DNA from: a virus
Lineage: Duplodnaviria; Caudoviricetes
DNA: 64,000 nt
IMG/VR virus record: IMGVR_UViG_3300033144_005408
Coordinates: 2,107-66,106 of that record
Direction: 5' to 3' (one strand)
The translations under genes and the position numbers were made by a program. Each line of letters begins with the position of its first letter. Positions within the stretch are counted from its first letter, which is position 1. Below, one piece after another: positions 39,801 to 47,844 of the stretch. The notes under the pieces are model-generated. The model saw only the letters and a program-made list of their open reading frames with translations, was not told the origin of the DNA and searched no databases.

Positions 39801-42425
39801 GCCAGAGAAGCCTTGAGCAGAAACGCTCATATTTCAGCCAGAAAAGGGTTAGAAGACCTTACGGCTAACTGGTCCGGGATGGATGAGGCGACAGCCAAGA
39901 AGATTATTAAGAACTATGAGGCCGAAGTGCCTGCTACTTTACGCAAGAAACTTATTGATGCCAAGAAAAAAGTCACTGACTTTACTATTGACCAGTGGAG
40001 AGATGCCGGGTTTATTACCCCGGAAGAACATGCTGCTTACAAAAAAAGAAGTGAGTACTATGTTCCTCTTCGTGGATGGAAGGATGGTAAGGCAGATGAT
40101 GTGTTTGAATATATCAATCAGGATCTTGATGGAGCATTTAACCCCAATATATACGCCAAGGGTCGTGAGTCGAAAGCCGATGATCCTTTGCCCTATATGT
40201 TCTCAATGGCACACAGCGCAGTAGTGTCCGGGAATAAGAATAAGATGAAACAAAGGCTTTTAAATATAGCCAGGAAAAATTATAAAAAACTTCCTGAGCT
40301 AATCAACTTTGCGAAGGTTTATGAGGTTCAGACTCCAACAGGTGATTGGGTCGAAACAAAGCCTATGGAAAAACCCAAGCAAGAACTATTTAATCCGGTT
40401 TATGAAGTTTATAAGAACGGAAAATGGGAAGAAACAGCTTCTAAGCCAAGTCAAAGCATGTTAGAATCTGGTAAAGCAAGGCTTGTGAGAGAAAAACTCG
40501 CCAGGGTCAAGCATGACAAATCATATACTCAACGGGCAACAGCCAGACAAGCCAAGCAACATTTAGTCGAAGTGTGGGAGAATGGTACAAAATACTTTAT
40601 TACCTCCGATCCCCAGGTCGCAAATGCTTTAAACGGACTCACCACCCAGCTTGGTCCAGGATGGTCACATGCTGCCCGTTTCACTCGTTTCTGGTCTTCG
40701 CTTACCACAAGCCAGAATCCTATGTTTATTGTTCCTAATATTGTGAGGGACTACCGTTTTGGTTATCGTTCAGTAGTTATTAAGTATGGTCTTAAAGCAG
40801 GAGCCAAATACACCGCTAACTATAAAAAATCCAGTGGTGCAGCATGGAGGTTCATGAATGGAAAATCAGACCCCGTAAACAATAAAGAAGATGCTCTGTA
40901 TCAAAAATGGAGAGAGAAAGGTGGTCCAACAGGATATGTTCAGCTAAATAAAGTTGACAGGCTAAAGAAAAGTATTGAAAGAGACCTGAAAGACCTGAAG
41001 ACCACTAATGCAACCCTGAATCCTTTCCGTTATCTGAATAAGCTCCGTAGGTTTGAAACCAAACTTATTGGTGGGTTGGCCGATTGGTCTGAGTCTATTG
41101 GTAGATATTCGGCTTTCAAGATAGCTCTTGAGAACGGTGCTACCATGGATCAGGCAGCTACTTTCTCCAAAGAGATAACAGTCAACTTTGACCGTAAAGG
41201 ACAATGGGGACAGCATATTGGAGCTTTATACGCTTTTTGGAACGCAAGGATGCAGGGTGTTACCAGGTATTTCAAACTGTGGGGCATGGACCCAAAGAAG
41301 ATGGCTATGTTCGCAGCTATGGATATTGCAGCCGGAATATCTCTTTCTATGATGCTGGATTGGTTCTGGGGTGATGATAAAGATGAGGATGGTGTGAAGA
41401 AATACGACAAGTTCTCTTCCTTCCTGAGAAGAGGCTACCTGATGATTCCTATTCCGGGAACTGGCAACACCGTTTCCTTGCCTAACCCACACGGTTTTGG
41501 TGCTTTCTATGCAATAGGAAATATTGCTTATGAGATGGCCACAGGCAGAAAGTCAGCTACCGTAGGAGCTATGGAAACATTTGACTCTTTTACTAATAGC
41601 ATGATGCCAATTGACCTGGGGGCTGCTTTTGCAGGAGGAAAAGGACAACCATCACTAAGGCCGTTTGTGCCTACTTTTGCTGTGCCGTTGATGGATATTG
41701 CCAGAAACGAAGATTTTGCCGGAAGAGCTATTTACAGAGAGCCTTATGTGAAAGACCAGAATATTGCTGACAGTAAACTTTATTTTGGCAGAGTAAATAC
41801 AGTCATAAAAGGGCTTACAGACCAAATATTTAAACTTGGTGGCGGTGATCCTGAGCTTGGTATCAGACAAAGGATTACCAAAGAGGGCGAGATTAAAGAA
41901 ATCAAACAGGTATTTGATTGGAACCCTGCTAAGATTGAGCATATACTGGAATATTACCTCTCAGGAAAAGGCCAGTTCTACAACAAGCTATATAAATCAA
42001 CTATTCAGACTGTTATAGAGGGGCAAAAGAGAGCCGTTGAAGAAGGATTAAAGGGGAATGAGGTAGTTAAGCAGACCTTTAAAGACTTGATCACTCAGCA
42101 TCCGGGAGATGTGCCTATTGTGAACAGATTCCTCAGAGTGGGTCATGGAGATCCTATCAGGGATGAGTACTACAAAAAACGTAAGTCGCTTGGAACATAT
42201 CTGGAGTTATCCAAGAAATTTGAAGGCATACAGGATTTTGACAAAGTAAACTTGTTATATGGATCAGAAAAGATGCCTGAAGCAATGATGTTTGGCCTTT
42301 ATGACAAGCAGATAAGCGGTCTTAATGAAATGTTATACCAGGATATTCCTCAGTCAGCAAAAGACAGGATAAAGAAACAGATCAGGGATATTCAGAAAAA
42401 AGCTATTAATTTTAAAGAAAAATGA
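30870..42425 (+). CDS. giant polyvalent (DarB-like, ejected) protein, 3851 aa
   Basis: FIEELQSDW domain; zincin HEVVGH; LPD23-like TGWEKGKDGLWR + HELQH; ART-PolyVal-like KWFGKSKVVD..PLVVYHGT..GFYFT..GYDG; LPD38-like C-terminus. Confidence 0.85.
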   Translation: MPEFLTSVAPKRLGGSPQDTDSLDFNRFMNKYSREDGSEYNNQRAFEIYKENPAWFDKNMVEMQDDGPHFASVDPKTGVFLKSKNNPTLQKELDWYNSPEGRDFKSKHDLDTSGEFYRYIPKNSKEASPDDDPFKPIHHKEFASRFRTKYPGAYDDLDDKQLANAFIDTYPEYKPYIQFTDPGSALESGVKQLKGSMKYLSGDIQDLVSNEKIKDRLYERISGDAYIPEDPQYYKDALTQLKKKKKDLDFQYQEVRKERSKRLQDATPFSGIPGSFQQEAEKDWKRQPEYDEYSDKNSELVAALEEVRTMKKLVEKGGSVGAREAIRDAYILPSKGEIRQAKGRAILEEAPVIGEGLGSQAISMIPQMLPMLAAIGLAPFTSGTSLSYLPVAVSSGAMLGLSYSQAGSAMKGYDDYVAEKGIEPDQGTRYGVAMLNGAIEMAMESSRIGRLLPKGMTGKLFARSLMSSNPKFAKSVMGRYLKAKPGAAKKIAEVLRRGPGEEGLEELFTQIGQDFTQLIYKNPEDWPTVTEFIKNGVNALKAGAMMGLFLGGAGHFSQNAVSTKRRRQAGIVTLMEDTSTGGAYEIIGKNDQGQYVGMTADDRQVFISPENVGEVSKISFAEFDKFTKVYPKTEEEAEILRQDIEKAQFKQSRVDEVNSHVDMVSHNNNADVIKVMDDQDGIWWVKDGDVDNVTKENPLVLIDSDGDTRMSDGKDIEVVDISTVPKYLDVIMEGLNAEAGIITQEQQEQPEPFVVGDPVTMDGVQGVITDASDPAEGLTVTFEDAEGNQDVQFVTPDQYHRFQQEEEAIPEEEVVSEPEVKRQTLKAKAGKGDKDVSVIQNEDGSYQVEDVFTSKSYAGGIKNSLNKRYPNTVFEVEDITDKTYDFAEAQFIIKGKSKITPERIQTGQEITKEEVVLPVTKPVVEDAKVGPEIAPDVTPQLIIEAPTEKLDKPTEPPVRLNDTPENILDQVQSINKESLNKRRRTNITGLNKRATDLGLKLEQGDGYFLKLTDQEGKEYKRKAEKEDIELRDPADYSDNVQDFINKVTLSIDNLRGVEIGKMSPKEKAQAVKNIKDGKQTKAATRLMNALEEINNSGKVQLLQDNQSGRPREKIDLDNYISSITDEDVFIDDETEIEVDNLEIENLVQMQELADNEKEFNLAKQSLEYEEEIQRSEPGATREGIIPEEAVEEAGEAPAIETEPTGEEVAPEAAPELTPVQQREVTQRTDELDETIKQKKKDIGAAKSRLQAKKNELAKRQVTQATLGEEPKPTKAAGDLLFEKPKKDFSQDNIKSAISDLEGDLDSRARELKDLVEKRDKVVEDIISSTKAQGRIEMPEKPVKAKEPWEMTKDEFFEKHASVSKITGEKGHGTDAVWERKTFNNESELENYVNNKIAKGKYFETQLGYHDNMKTFKDNDKVLWLVEHNIPGGSKEFIISTKREHEYFIKKAISEGEQVPKEVLADYPELSKTKPAGDILKEAPKKDDDVRLKTTKLGLFSPTEAALSNIQQNKATPEQWKAMLLKNGAKQAELDWMGLDEFIQDKKSLTKEDIQAWIDSNKVEVKETVLGEASENDIQTLLDDEVGENMSREDAIEYLKNEEDAVKFSEHTLPGGKNYKEVLLTMPISKEIRKAYSNLHSYVDYLESKYPNIDNLFSAPILEKTASLSEQKKLKTFVDISNKADESGRFTSPHFKEPNIAVHVRMNDRVDKDGNSVLFIEELQSDWAQKGKKEGFGPLTETEEQELEILTGKLADLEVGLTDKEGIRQSYLLSKKRDKYVPDMPFKQTPQWVGLALKRMIRVASEEGYDKIAWTTGAQQSERYDLSKQVSRVYLKPTWEIDNKGDGAKTLHKGELSVTGRDGSDLIQKTINSASELEELIGKDPAKKLLESPSRMEDDVHVLEGEDLKISSRGMLDFYDKIIPSTLSKITKKFGGKVEKSEIGDAESEYNVFRVPYNKEKPFEVRTKTSPDAIARFATYKEAWDHADKLSTTTVHSLDITPDLGTVAMERGFPMFKNIKKPRTAGEVLSSDFNIKAKELVDRLGKELGTDIITVQTASKLPKSIQAKAKKITAKGFVGVYDRNTSKVYIVLDQANDLADITKTVLHEVVGHKGIEALLGDQYYKVLDGIYNSMSQEDVKRLGAANNTNDPNIIADEYLAEQAENDKRPDFITRAIAKIREMLRRIFGIEYNNNDITVLLANSKRGLQKVAVAKKPAPVRAGDMLKETKGQKAPGFRIVGTEASLSDPKLNNRLTNAIRLEKEGKTARKIFLATGWEKGKDGLWRIDLPDNNLKLINVDNWQKAFNANIGKNKYIGGKLIDYISPKWEGFNEYPEIKDYKIRFFQEEEEGTGIYLEKTIFINTFRSKTRDLSKGVLGKDRHGILRSVILHELQHGIQEIEGFAKGANIKNIFPENTLKKYQGYSNKQIFDRFNQVNPNWKEQYPTLESGIIDGSQKSKAITILAYLDVSGEVEARNVVARDKMSETIRKLTPISETEDTPRSKQRAGDMLKGEVALKQEKKAEDKTYREYPKDKNLDLFERNQEKENLPLTHSSVHFEYEPGLRHIYKDPTSYDEVQAIYDKQGYLNEGYLPNHYDPSDFQLKEGYVAARNSSDTETPGVYGTATSDDFVVYFEGEHIADIYDGVIAKVVKPLDVWEKTGREFKQIKKAPISVALKAKPQTETPAFQKWFGKSKVVDKNGKPLVVYHGTKGVFNAFTRESKGKTGDFGQIGSGFYFTNDFENARNYARNSEGVGSLDVKEVYLNIRNPFIQNKPFDSTRPVSKEKAEKVAEDLQRKGYDGIKYDTGFGPTWHVAFSPTQIKSATGNIGTFDPKSPDIRLKPIPEKPVKVKRRVLAGDMLKDDKPPTTGPPAKLPPVTSENASWEPSLEPIDLSSREKVMKVLQDREMAIKKFQEKVVEKGGEIPEYMELHDAIPRAAGQNRTAIEDFNEKLGKPLLQSIADIENETGVGYARTSDYLYAREALSRNAHISARKGLEDLTANWSGMDEATAKKIIKNYEAEVPATLRKKLIDAKKKVTDFTIDQWRDAGFITPEEHAAYKKRSEYYVPLRGWKDGKADDVFEYINQDLDGAFNPNIYAKGRESKADDPLPYMFSMAHSAVVSGNKNKMKQRLLNIARKNYKKLPELINFAKVYEVQTPTGDWVETKPMEKPKQELFNPVYEVYKNGKWEETASKPSQSMLESGKARLVREKLARVKHDKSYTQRATARQAKQHLVEVWENGTKYFITSDPQVANALNGLTTQLGPGWSHAARFTRFWSSLTTSQNPMFIVPNIVRDYRFGYRSVVIKYGLKAGAKYTANYKKSSGAAWRFMNGKSDPVNNKEDALYQKWREKGGPTGYVQLNKVDRLKKSIERDLKDLKTTNATLNPFRYLNKLRRFETKLIGGLADWSESIGRYSAFKIALENGATMDQAATFSKEITVNFDRKGQWGQHIGALYAFWNARMQGVTRYFKLWGMDPKKMAMFAAMDIAAGISLSMMLDWFWGDDKDEDGVKKYDKFSSFLRRGYLMIPIPGTGNTVSLPNPHGFGAFYAIGNIAYEMATGRKSATVGAMETFDSFTNSMMPIDLGAAFAGGKGQPSLRPFVPTFAVPLMDIARNEDFAGRAIYREPYVKDQNIADSKLYFGRVNTVIKGLTDQIFKLGGGDPELGIRQRITKEGEIKEIKQVFDWNPAKIEHILEYYLSGKGQFYNKLYKSTIQTVIEGQKRAVEEGLKGNEVVKQTFKDLITQHPGDVPIVNRFLRVGHGDPIRDEYYKKRKSLGTYLELSKKFEGIQDFDKVNLLYGSEKMPEAMMFGLYDKQISGLNEMLYQDIPQSAKDRIKKQIRDIQKKAINFKEK

Positions 42426-42426
42426 C

Positions 42427-44442
42427 ATGATTCTCTCAACTAATTTTAACCTAAAATCCTTTGACAAGGATGTCATTGTCTCCGGGAAGAAAAAACAGCA
42501 GGTGAAATCTCATCTGGATGACGAAGACCGTGACGATAATATTAAGTTATTAGAGGATTGTGCTAATTACTGGTTCAGTCTTCTTGACTTTCGTGACAGA
42601 AGAAAGAAAAGCCGCAAATATCTTCGTGGTGATCAGTGGCATGAATTAATGACGGATCCCGATGATCCTACTTCTACTATCACAGAAGAAGAATATATTG
42701 AGAATCAGGGCAAAGTGCCGTTAAAGCAGAATATCACCCGCCAGCTGGAGAAAAACCTTGTTGGCCAATTCAGGGCTAATCCTTTTGATAGTATTATTAT
42801 TGCCAGAGACAGAGAGGAAGCAAAGATCTCTGAGATGGTAACTATTGCCATGAAGTCTATTAAGTCTATCAACAAAGCCAAAGAGCTTGATGTCAGAAAC
42901 TTTGAAGAAATTGTTCTCTCTGGTATGCCTATTGGAAAAACTACCTTCAGATATTGGGATAACAAAAATCGTGAGGATGTGTTTATGGAGAATATTAATC
43001 CTAACAGAATATTTTTCAACACTGATGTTTCGGACGTAAGAATGCTGGACCTGAATCTTATAGGTGAGATTCTTGATGTTAACCTGGGAGACGTAATTGC
43101 TTCCTTTGCCAAAACCAAGGCTGATGAAGAAGTTATTCGTGGATGGTATGTTGATCAGGATATCGATAGTATCGTTATTCCCGAAGGGCTTAGTGCAGAC
43201 CGTATTGATTTCACTGACTTCTATATTTCTGTTGATGTTCATAAATGCAGAGTTATTGAGGTATGGAGAAAATATCATGAATGGAGGCTTTATGTTCATG
43301 ATCCGCTAGATGCCAGCTATGAAATTGTTCCTATGGCCATGAAAGACGAGCTGAATAAGGCTAACGAGAGCCGTATGCAGATGGCACAGGAAAACGGTAT
43401 AGAGGATCCAGAAAGTTATTTGATGCAGATAGAAGAGAAATATGAGCCTTATTGGATGGTAAAATATCTTACCCCGACAGGCGAAACCCTTTATTCCGGA
43501 GAAACGCCTTATGATCACGAAGAGCACCCATATACAATTCAGCCTTATCCAATGCTTGACAATGAGGTATGGGGACTTATTGAGGATGTTATTGACCAGC
43601 AGAGATATATTAACCGTCTTATTACCCTCATGGACTTTATGATGGGATCAGCAGCCAAAGGAGTGCTTCTTATTCCAGACGGATCTATTCCTGATGACAT
43701 GACACCTGATGATGTGGCTTCCGAATGGAGTAAGTTTAATGGAGTGCTGAGACTAAAGATGAAGGCCGGTGTGCCTGTTCCTCAACAGATACATGCTAAC
43801 ATGGCAAATATTGGAGCTAAAGACATGCTTGCATTACAGCTAAAGTTTATGCAGGAAATATTTGGATCTTCACCAGCTATACAAGGACAACAGGCAGCCA
43901 GTGGAACACCATCGTCACTGTATGCTCAGGAGGCACAAAACGCCACTCTTAACTCAAAAGATATAATGGATCACTTTGCCTGGTATATTGAGAACCGGGA
44001 CCAGAAAGTATTAAAGCTGATGCTGCAGTACTATACCGAAGAAAGGTATATTAATATCGCAGGGACTTCTTATTCTGACGAAGCAAAGATTTTCAAACCT
44101 GACCTGGTAAAAGATGTGGATATTGACTTAGAGGTAACACAGGGTGTTGATACTCCTATCTACCGACAGATGATTGATGACCTGTTATTCAAGATGCTTG
44201 AGAGTAATTTTGTCGATGTAGATACTTTCTTAGAAAACACCTCTCTTCCTTTTGCCGACAAGGTATTGGAATCTATTAAGTCCAAGAGACAGCAGATGCA
44301 GGAAGGGATGGCTCCCGGAGCAGAGTTGCCACCAGAACTCCAGGGACAGGACCAGTTATCGCCACAGACCCAACAAGTATTTGACCAGCTTATGAACAAG
44401 GCCAAGAACGGTGAACAATTCGATAACGTTGTTAACAACTAG
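42427..44442 (+). CDS. portal protein
   Basis: YLRGDQW, IDQQRYINRL, SAAKGVL, EWSKFNG; 671 aa, podovirus portal-like. Confidence 0.8.
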   Translation: MILSTNFNLKSFDKDVIVSGKKKQQVKSHLDDEDRDDNIKLLEDCANYWFSLLDFRDRRKKSRKYLRGDQWHELMTDPDDPTSTITEEEYIENQGKVPLKQNITRQLEKNLVGQFRANPFDSIIIARDREEAKISEMVTIAMKSIKSINKAKELDVRNFEEIVLSGMPIGKTTFRYWDNKNREDVFMENINPNRIFFNTDVSDVRMLDLNLIGEILDVNLGDVIASFAKTKADEEVIRGWYVDQDIDSIVIPEGLSADRIDFTDFYISVDVHKCRVIEVWRKYHEWRLYVHDPLDASYEIVPMAMKDELNKANESRMQMAQENGIEDPESYLMQIEEKYEPYWMVKYLTPTGETLYSGETPYDHEEHPYTIQPYPMLDNEVWGLIEDVIDQQRYINRLITLMDFMMGSAAKGVLLIPDGSIPDDMTPDDVASEWSKFNGVLRLKMKAGVPVPQQIHANMANIGAKDMLALQLKFMQEIFGSSPAIQGQQAASGTPSSLYAQEAQNATLNSKDIMDHFAWYIENRDQKVLKLMLQYYTEERYINIAGTSYSDEAKIFKPDLVKDVDIDLEVTQGVDTPIYRQMIDDLLFKMLESNFVDVDTFLENTSLPFADKVLESIKSKRQQMQEGMAPGAELPPELQGQDQLSPQTQQVFDQLMNKAKNGEQFDNVVNN

Positions 44443-44524
44443 CTATTGGTGATGAAGCTATTAAGATATATCTTTACAGAGCTTTGATGTTAGTATTAAC
44501 ATTACGAGGGTAGTGCCTCACAAG

Positions 44525-44558
44525 AAAAAGTCCCATGTTGTATATATGGGACTTTTTT
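44525..44558. terminator. bidirectional intrinsic terminator
   Basis: AAAAAGTCCCAT/ATGGGACTTTTT between convergent structural operons. Confidence 0.8.
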
Positions 44559-44588
44559 GCTTCTACGGAAGTGTTTGTCGTTAAACTG

Positions 44589-45107
44589 TTACGACAAACT
44601 TTTCTTTCTTAGTTCAAGCGTCTGGTTATTGACACTAATAATCTTTTGACGATATTCTATATCTGATCTCTCTGCCTCAGCAGCCACACCAGTAAGCCTA
44701 TACCATTCCTTCATAACAAAATGAACAATAGCTTCTTTGGAAAAGATATCCAATAGATCAATGGCATTATCGTTACCAGCACCATAATCATTCAGATACC
44801 AGCCAGAGGATTCTCCAATAGATCCACCTTTGTCTGTATTCACAAATACGGAGTTCTTTACGGCATCAGTGAGCTTTAGCAGCTCGGCAAATACATTCCG
44901 AACAGCGTAATCAAGGAATAAAAGAAAGGCATCTTCCTCGTTCTCGCTCATGGCATAATCGTCTAACTGAGACTTTCCATCCTCAGATTTGATGGTTTTG
45001 GCTCTGTAAGTGGTTCTTAGAATCACTTCATTTTTCAATGCTTCAGTTCCAAAATAGAAGAGGAGCCTATCTTCGTCCGAACTGGATACTACGCTTAAAT
45101 GTGACAT
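44589..45107 (-). CDS. putative tail/adaptor ring protein
   Basis: paralog of next gene (TTxRAKTIK..DG...DY.M; EWYR). Confidence 0.5.
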   Translation of the reverse strand: MSHLSVVSSSDEDRLLFYFGTEALKNEVILRTTYRAKTIKSEDGKSQLDDYAMSENEEDAFLLFLDYAVRNVFAELLKLTDAVKNSVFVNTDKGGSIGESSGWYLNDYGAGNDNAIDLLDIFSKEAIVHFVMKEWYRLTGVAAEAERSDIEYRQKIISVNNQTLELRKKSLS

Positions 45108-45127
45108 AATATTTGGGTATTAAAATT

Positions 45128-45661
45128 TCAACTAAATCCCGTGTTGTGTGGTATTTTTGCGGATTGGGTAGCCTGTTCCATAGAGTTACGAGTCCGGGCC
45201 TTCCAATCTTCGTATTTCATATGCCATTCCTGGGCAATCTCAGGTAATCCTACCATGCGATACCATTCCCGGAGCATCCCTGCCACAAGTGCCTCTTCAG
45301 CATAGCGCAGGGCAACCCCTTCCATGTTATCATCAAAATATAGTGGTGGATCAAAAGTAAAAGCTATTACTTTGTTTGTTATCTCGTCAATATTAACATC
45401 TTCCTGAAATCCATCTTCAACACCTTGGCCGTATGCACCAAAACATTCTTTATATACTTCGGCAGCAATAACAGGACGGAAGAGGTTGTATTCAGCCCTT
45501 TCGCCATCTGTCATGGAATAGTCATTAAGTAATTCCCGGCCATCATTCTGCTTGATAGTCTTAGCTCTTCTGGTGGTTCTGACAATAAGAATATTCAAAA
45601 GAGTCTCTATGTCAAAATAAAACATAGTGAATTCGCTGGTTGTTGTCGTTGAGGCTGCCAT
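45128..45661 (-). CDS. putative tail/adaptor ring protein
   Basis: paralog of previous gene. Confidence 0.5.
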   Translation of the reverse strand: MAASTTTTSEFTMFYFDIETLLNILIVRTTRRAKTIKQNDGRELLNDYSMTDGERAEYNLFRPVIAAEVYKECFGAYGQGVEDGFQEDVNIDEITNKVIAFTFDPPLYFDDNMEGVALRYAEEALVAGMLREWYRMVGLPEIAQEWHMKYEDWKARTRNSMEQATQSAKIPHNTGFS

Positions 45662-45889
45662 GAGATTATCTTTTTATAAATTTTAACAGTTTTGGAAACC
45701 AGACAACAGAATATCTTATAATCTGCCCGGAAACATATCCAATATTTTTGGCATTTCTCCTTAGCCATGCTTTGCCGTAAGCAATAAACAGCTTGTTAAC
45801 CCCAGAAATCAAGATCTCCTTCTTCCCAGGGTCAACATCTGCCTGTTCGATCAGCAGGAGAATACTTGTATGTAGCTCCTTCCGTAACA

Positions 45890-46234
45890 TTACGCTAATT
45901 TTTTAGCTTTTTTGATTGTTGCAAGAGAAATAACGATCTTAACAACTTCTTCAACAATCATTTCTGCAACATCATTTTTAAGGTCAAATTCATCAATGAA
46001 CCATTGCTTCAGAACTTTTGCTTCGGATTCGTCAACATCAGTGATTTCCTCCTTAATTCTTGGAATAGCCTTTATTAAGCCTGGCACCTGACCAAGCAAA
46101 GGTACTGATCCAATAATTTCACCAGCAGTAATCTTACTACCTTGCGCACTATCAGGGGATGTTACTTCCTCGCCTCTTTCAACAAGATCAATAACGAATT
46201 TACCGATAGTTTTTAAATGATCTATTCCATACAT
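45890..46234 (-). CDS. hypothetical protein, lysis-region
   Basis: amphipathic 114 aa. Confidence 0.5.
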   Translation of the reverse strand: MYGIDHLKTIGKFVIDLVERGEEVTSPDSAQGSKITAGEIIGSVPLLGQVPGLIKAIPRIKEEITDVDESEAKVLKQWFIDEFDLKNDVAEMIVEEVVKIVISLATIKKAKKLA

Positions 46235-46246
46235 AATAAATATAAT

Positions 46247-46999
46247 TTAGTCCGGACGAATCCGGCTGTTAAACTCGGTCATAAAGTTAGTTAATTCATG
46301 AGGAAATAACGAATTTAATGCTTTAACGTCTTTGGGGAAACAAGAACCGGAATATCCGGGCTTCCCGTCTGCGGCAACCTGTGAGAATTCACTATACAAC
46401 CCCTCACGTAATATCTTGTAGGCTCTGGCGAATTTTCGGTGATCTCCTGTCAGTTCAGAAATATAGTTCCAAAAAAGTACCTTATACGCATTATAGACAT
46501 TATGAGTGTATTTGATCATCGATGCCTCTGAGTGAGTACAAAACTCGTATTTCTCAATATTTACATCAAAATTGTCTTCATAAACTCTTTTTAGTTCCAG
46601 GCAGTCTCTCATAAACCCGCCCAGGATACACAGCTTTTGATTTTGAAAATCATCGGCTGCACTGTTTTGATTCAGGAACTCAGGATTCACCACCACATGA
46701 GCAGTGCTTTTGGTCATTCCACCCGGAGAAAGCAGTCCGGGAAGCACAGTGCTCTTAATAACAATAAGTTTTGCTTTCATGATCAGTGTCGCCCTGTTAA
46801 AAGCATCTGTGACCTGACTTAGGTCCTGAGATCCGTCTTTGTTGGCAGGAGTGCCTACGCAGATAAAAGCTATATCCACCTCTTCCTCGCACTCATATCC
46901 CTTACCGGGATCGTGAATAAATACTTTTACCCCTGTCTTGATTCCAGAATGGACAGCCTGTCCGACAAATCCATATCCAATAATTCCAATTCTATCCAT
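46247..46999 (-). CDS. UDP-glucose/GDP-mannose dehydrogenase family (lacks the C-terminal domain)
   Basis: GIIGYGFVG, ICVGTP, IKSTV.PG, NPEFL, SMIKY..N, GYSGSCFPKD. Confidence 0.9.
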   Translation of the reverse strand: MDRIGIIGYGFVGQAVHSGIKTGVKVFIHDPGKGYECEEEVDIAFICVGTPANKDGSQDLSQVTDAFNRATLIMKAKLIVIKSTVLPGLLSPGGMTKSTAHVVVNPEFLNQNSAADDFQNQKLCILGGFMRDCLELKRVYEDNFDVNIEKYEFCTHSEASMIKYTHNVYNAYKVLFWNYISELTGDHRKFARAYKILREGLYSEFSQVAADGKPGYSGSCFPKDVKALNSLFPHELTNFMTEFNSRIRPD

Positions 47000-47372
47000 T
47001 ACTCCCCCTTTCTACAACATCAAGCCTCCTGTCATGTTCTCTTAGCCTGGTGTCCTGTTCTCCTTGTTTTTTATTTAGTCCCTTCAAATCCTTTGCGTGG
47101 CTATCAAGCCTTTTTGTAACATGAGTCGTTGTCGCAGCACAATTACTAACGAAGTTCTTGTAATTGGCATTGGCAACCTCACTAGAGGTGAGTAATTTAT
47201 TAAAAGCCTTGGTCTGTTCTTTTTGGATCAAAGTATTTTTCTCCTGCGCCAAGGTGTTTTTCTCTTGGAGCTTTCCTGTTTTAGAGATAGTATTATTGAC
47301 TATCAAAAGGATTAGCGCAAATACGGCTGCTAGTAAAGAGCTGACGATTGCTGTTGTGGTTGTCGGTTCCAT
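46992..47372 (-). CDS. single-TM coiled-coil protein (holin/spanin-like)
   Basis: N-terminal TM, next to endolysin. Confidence 0.45.
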   Translation of the reverse strand: MEPTTTTAIVSSLLAAVFALILLIVNNTISKTGKLQEKNTLAQEKNTLIQKEQTKAFNKLLTSSEVANANYKNFVSNCAATTTHVTKRLDSHAKDLKGLNKKQGEQDTRLREHDRRLDVVERGSNG

Positions 47373-47457
47373 GTCGAAAATTGTTTTTAATCATTAATAA
47401 TTGGTTTAACACATCATCTCTCTCACCTTTAGTTACTTTGCGTAGTTCCTATTTCTT

Positions 47458-47802
47458 TCATTTTGGATCGTATTCTAAATGAATGTGATCTTTCTCTAAT
47501 ACAATATCATAATTCTTATCAATCTCTTTTTTTATTGTTTCAACTAACTGTTTAGTTTGCTTCTTCGTGTAATGCCAAATACGGATATCAACAGCATCTC
47601 CTTTTGGATGTTTACTATTTTCAGAATGAAGTCCTTCAATACCACAAGTTATAACAATACCTATTCCAAATAACCCCAAGCTCAAATCATGTACAAGTTC
47701 ATACCCCACACGAATCCATGCACTCAATTCTACTTTATGCCATTCGTCATTGTAGAACACTTCCCCTTTACGGACAACACCGTCTTTCCATTGAACATCC
47801 AT
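47458..47802 (-). CDS. peptidase M15-like endolysin
   Basis: ITCGIEGLHSENSKHPKGDAVDIR...DHIHLEYD (SxH..D, HxH). Confidence 0.8.
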   Translation of the reverse strand: MDVQWKDGVVRKGEVFYNDEWHKVELSAWIRVGYELVHDLSLGLFGIGIVITCGIEGLHSENSKHPKGDAVDIRIWHYTKKQTKQLVETIKKEIDKNYDIVLEKDHIHLEYDPK

Positions 47803-47844
47803 CTTATTTATCTATTTCCGTTACCAAATCTTCAGCCTCTTGTT

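Noticed and set aside
30870-42425. crAss-like virion RNA polymerase
   Set aside because: No DFDID/DxDGD-type catalytic motif seen; domains are polyvalent-type
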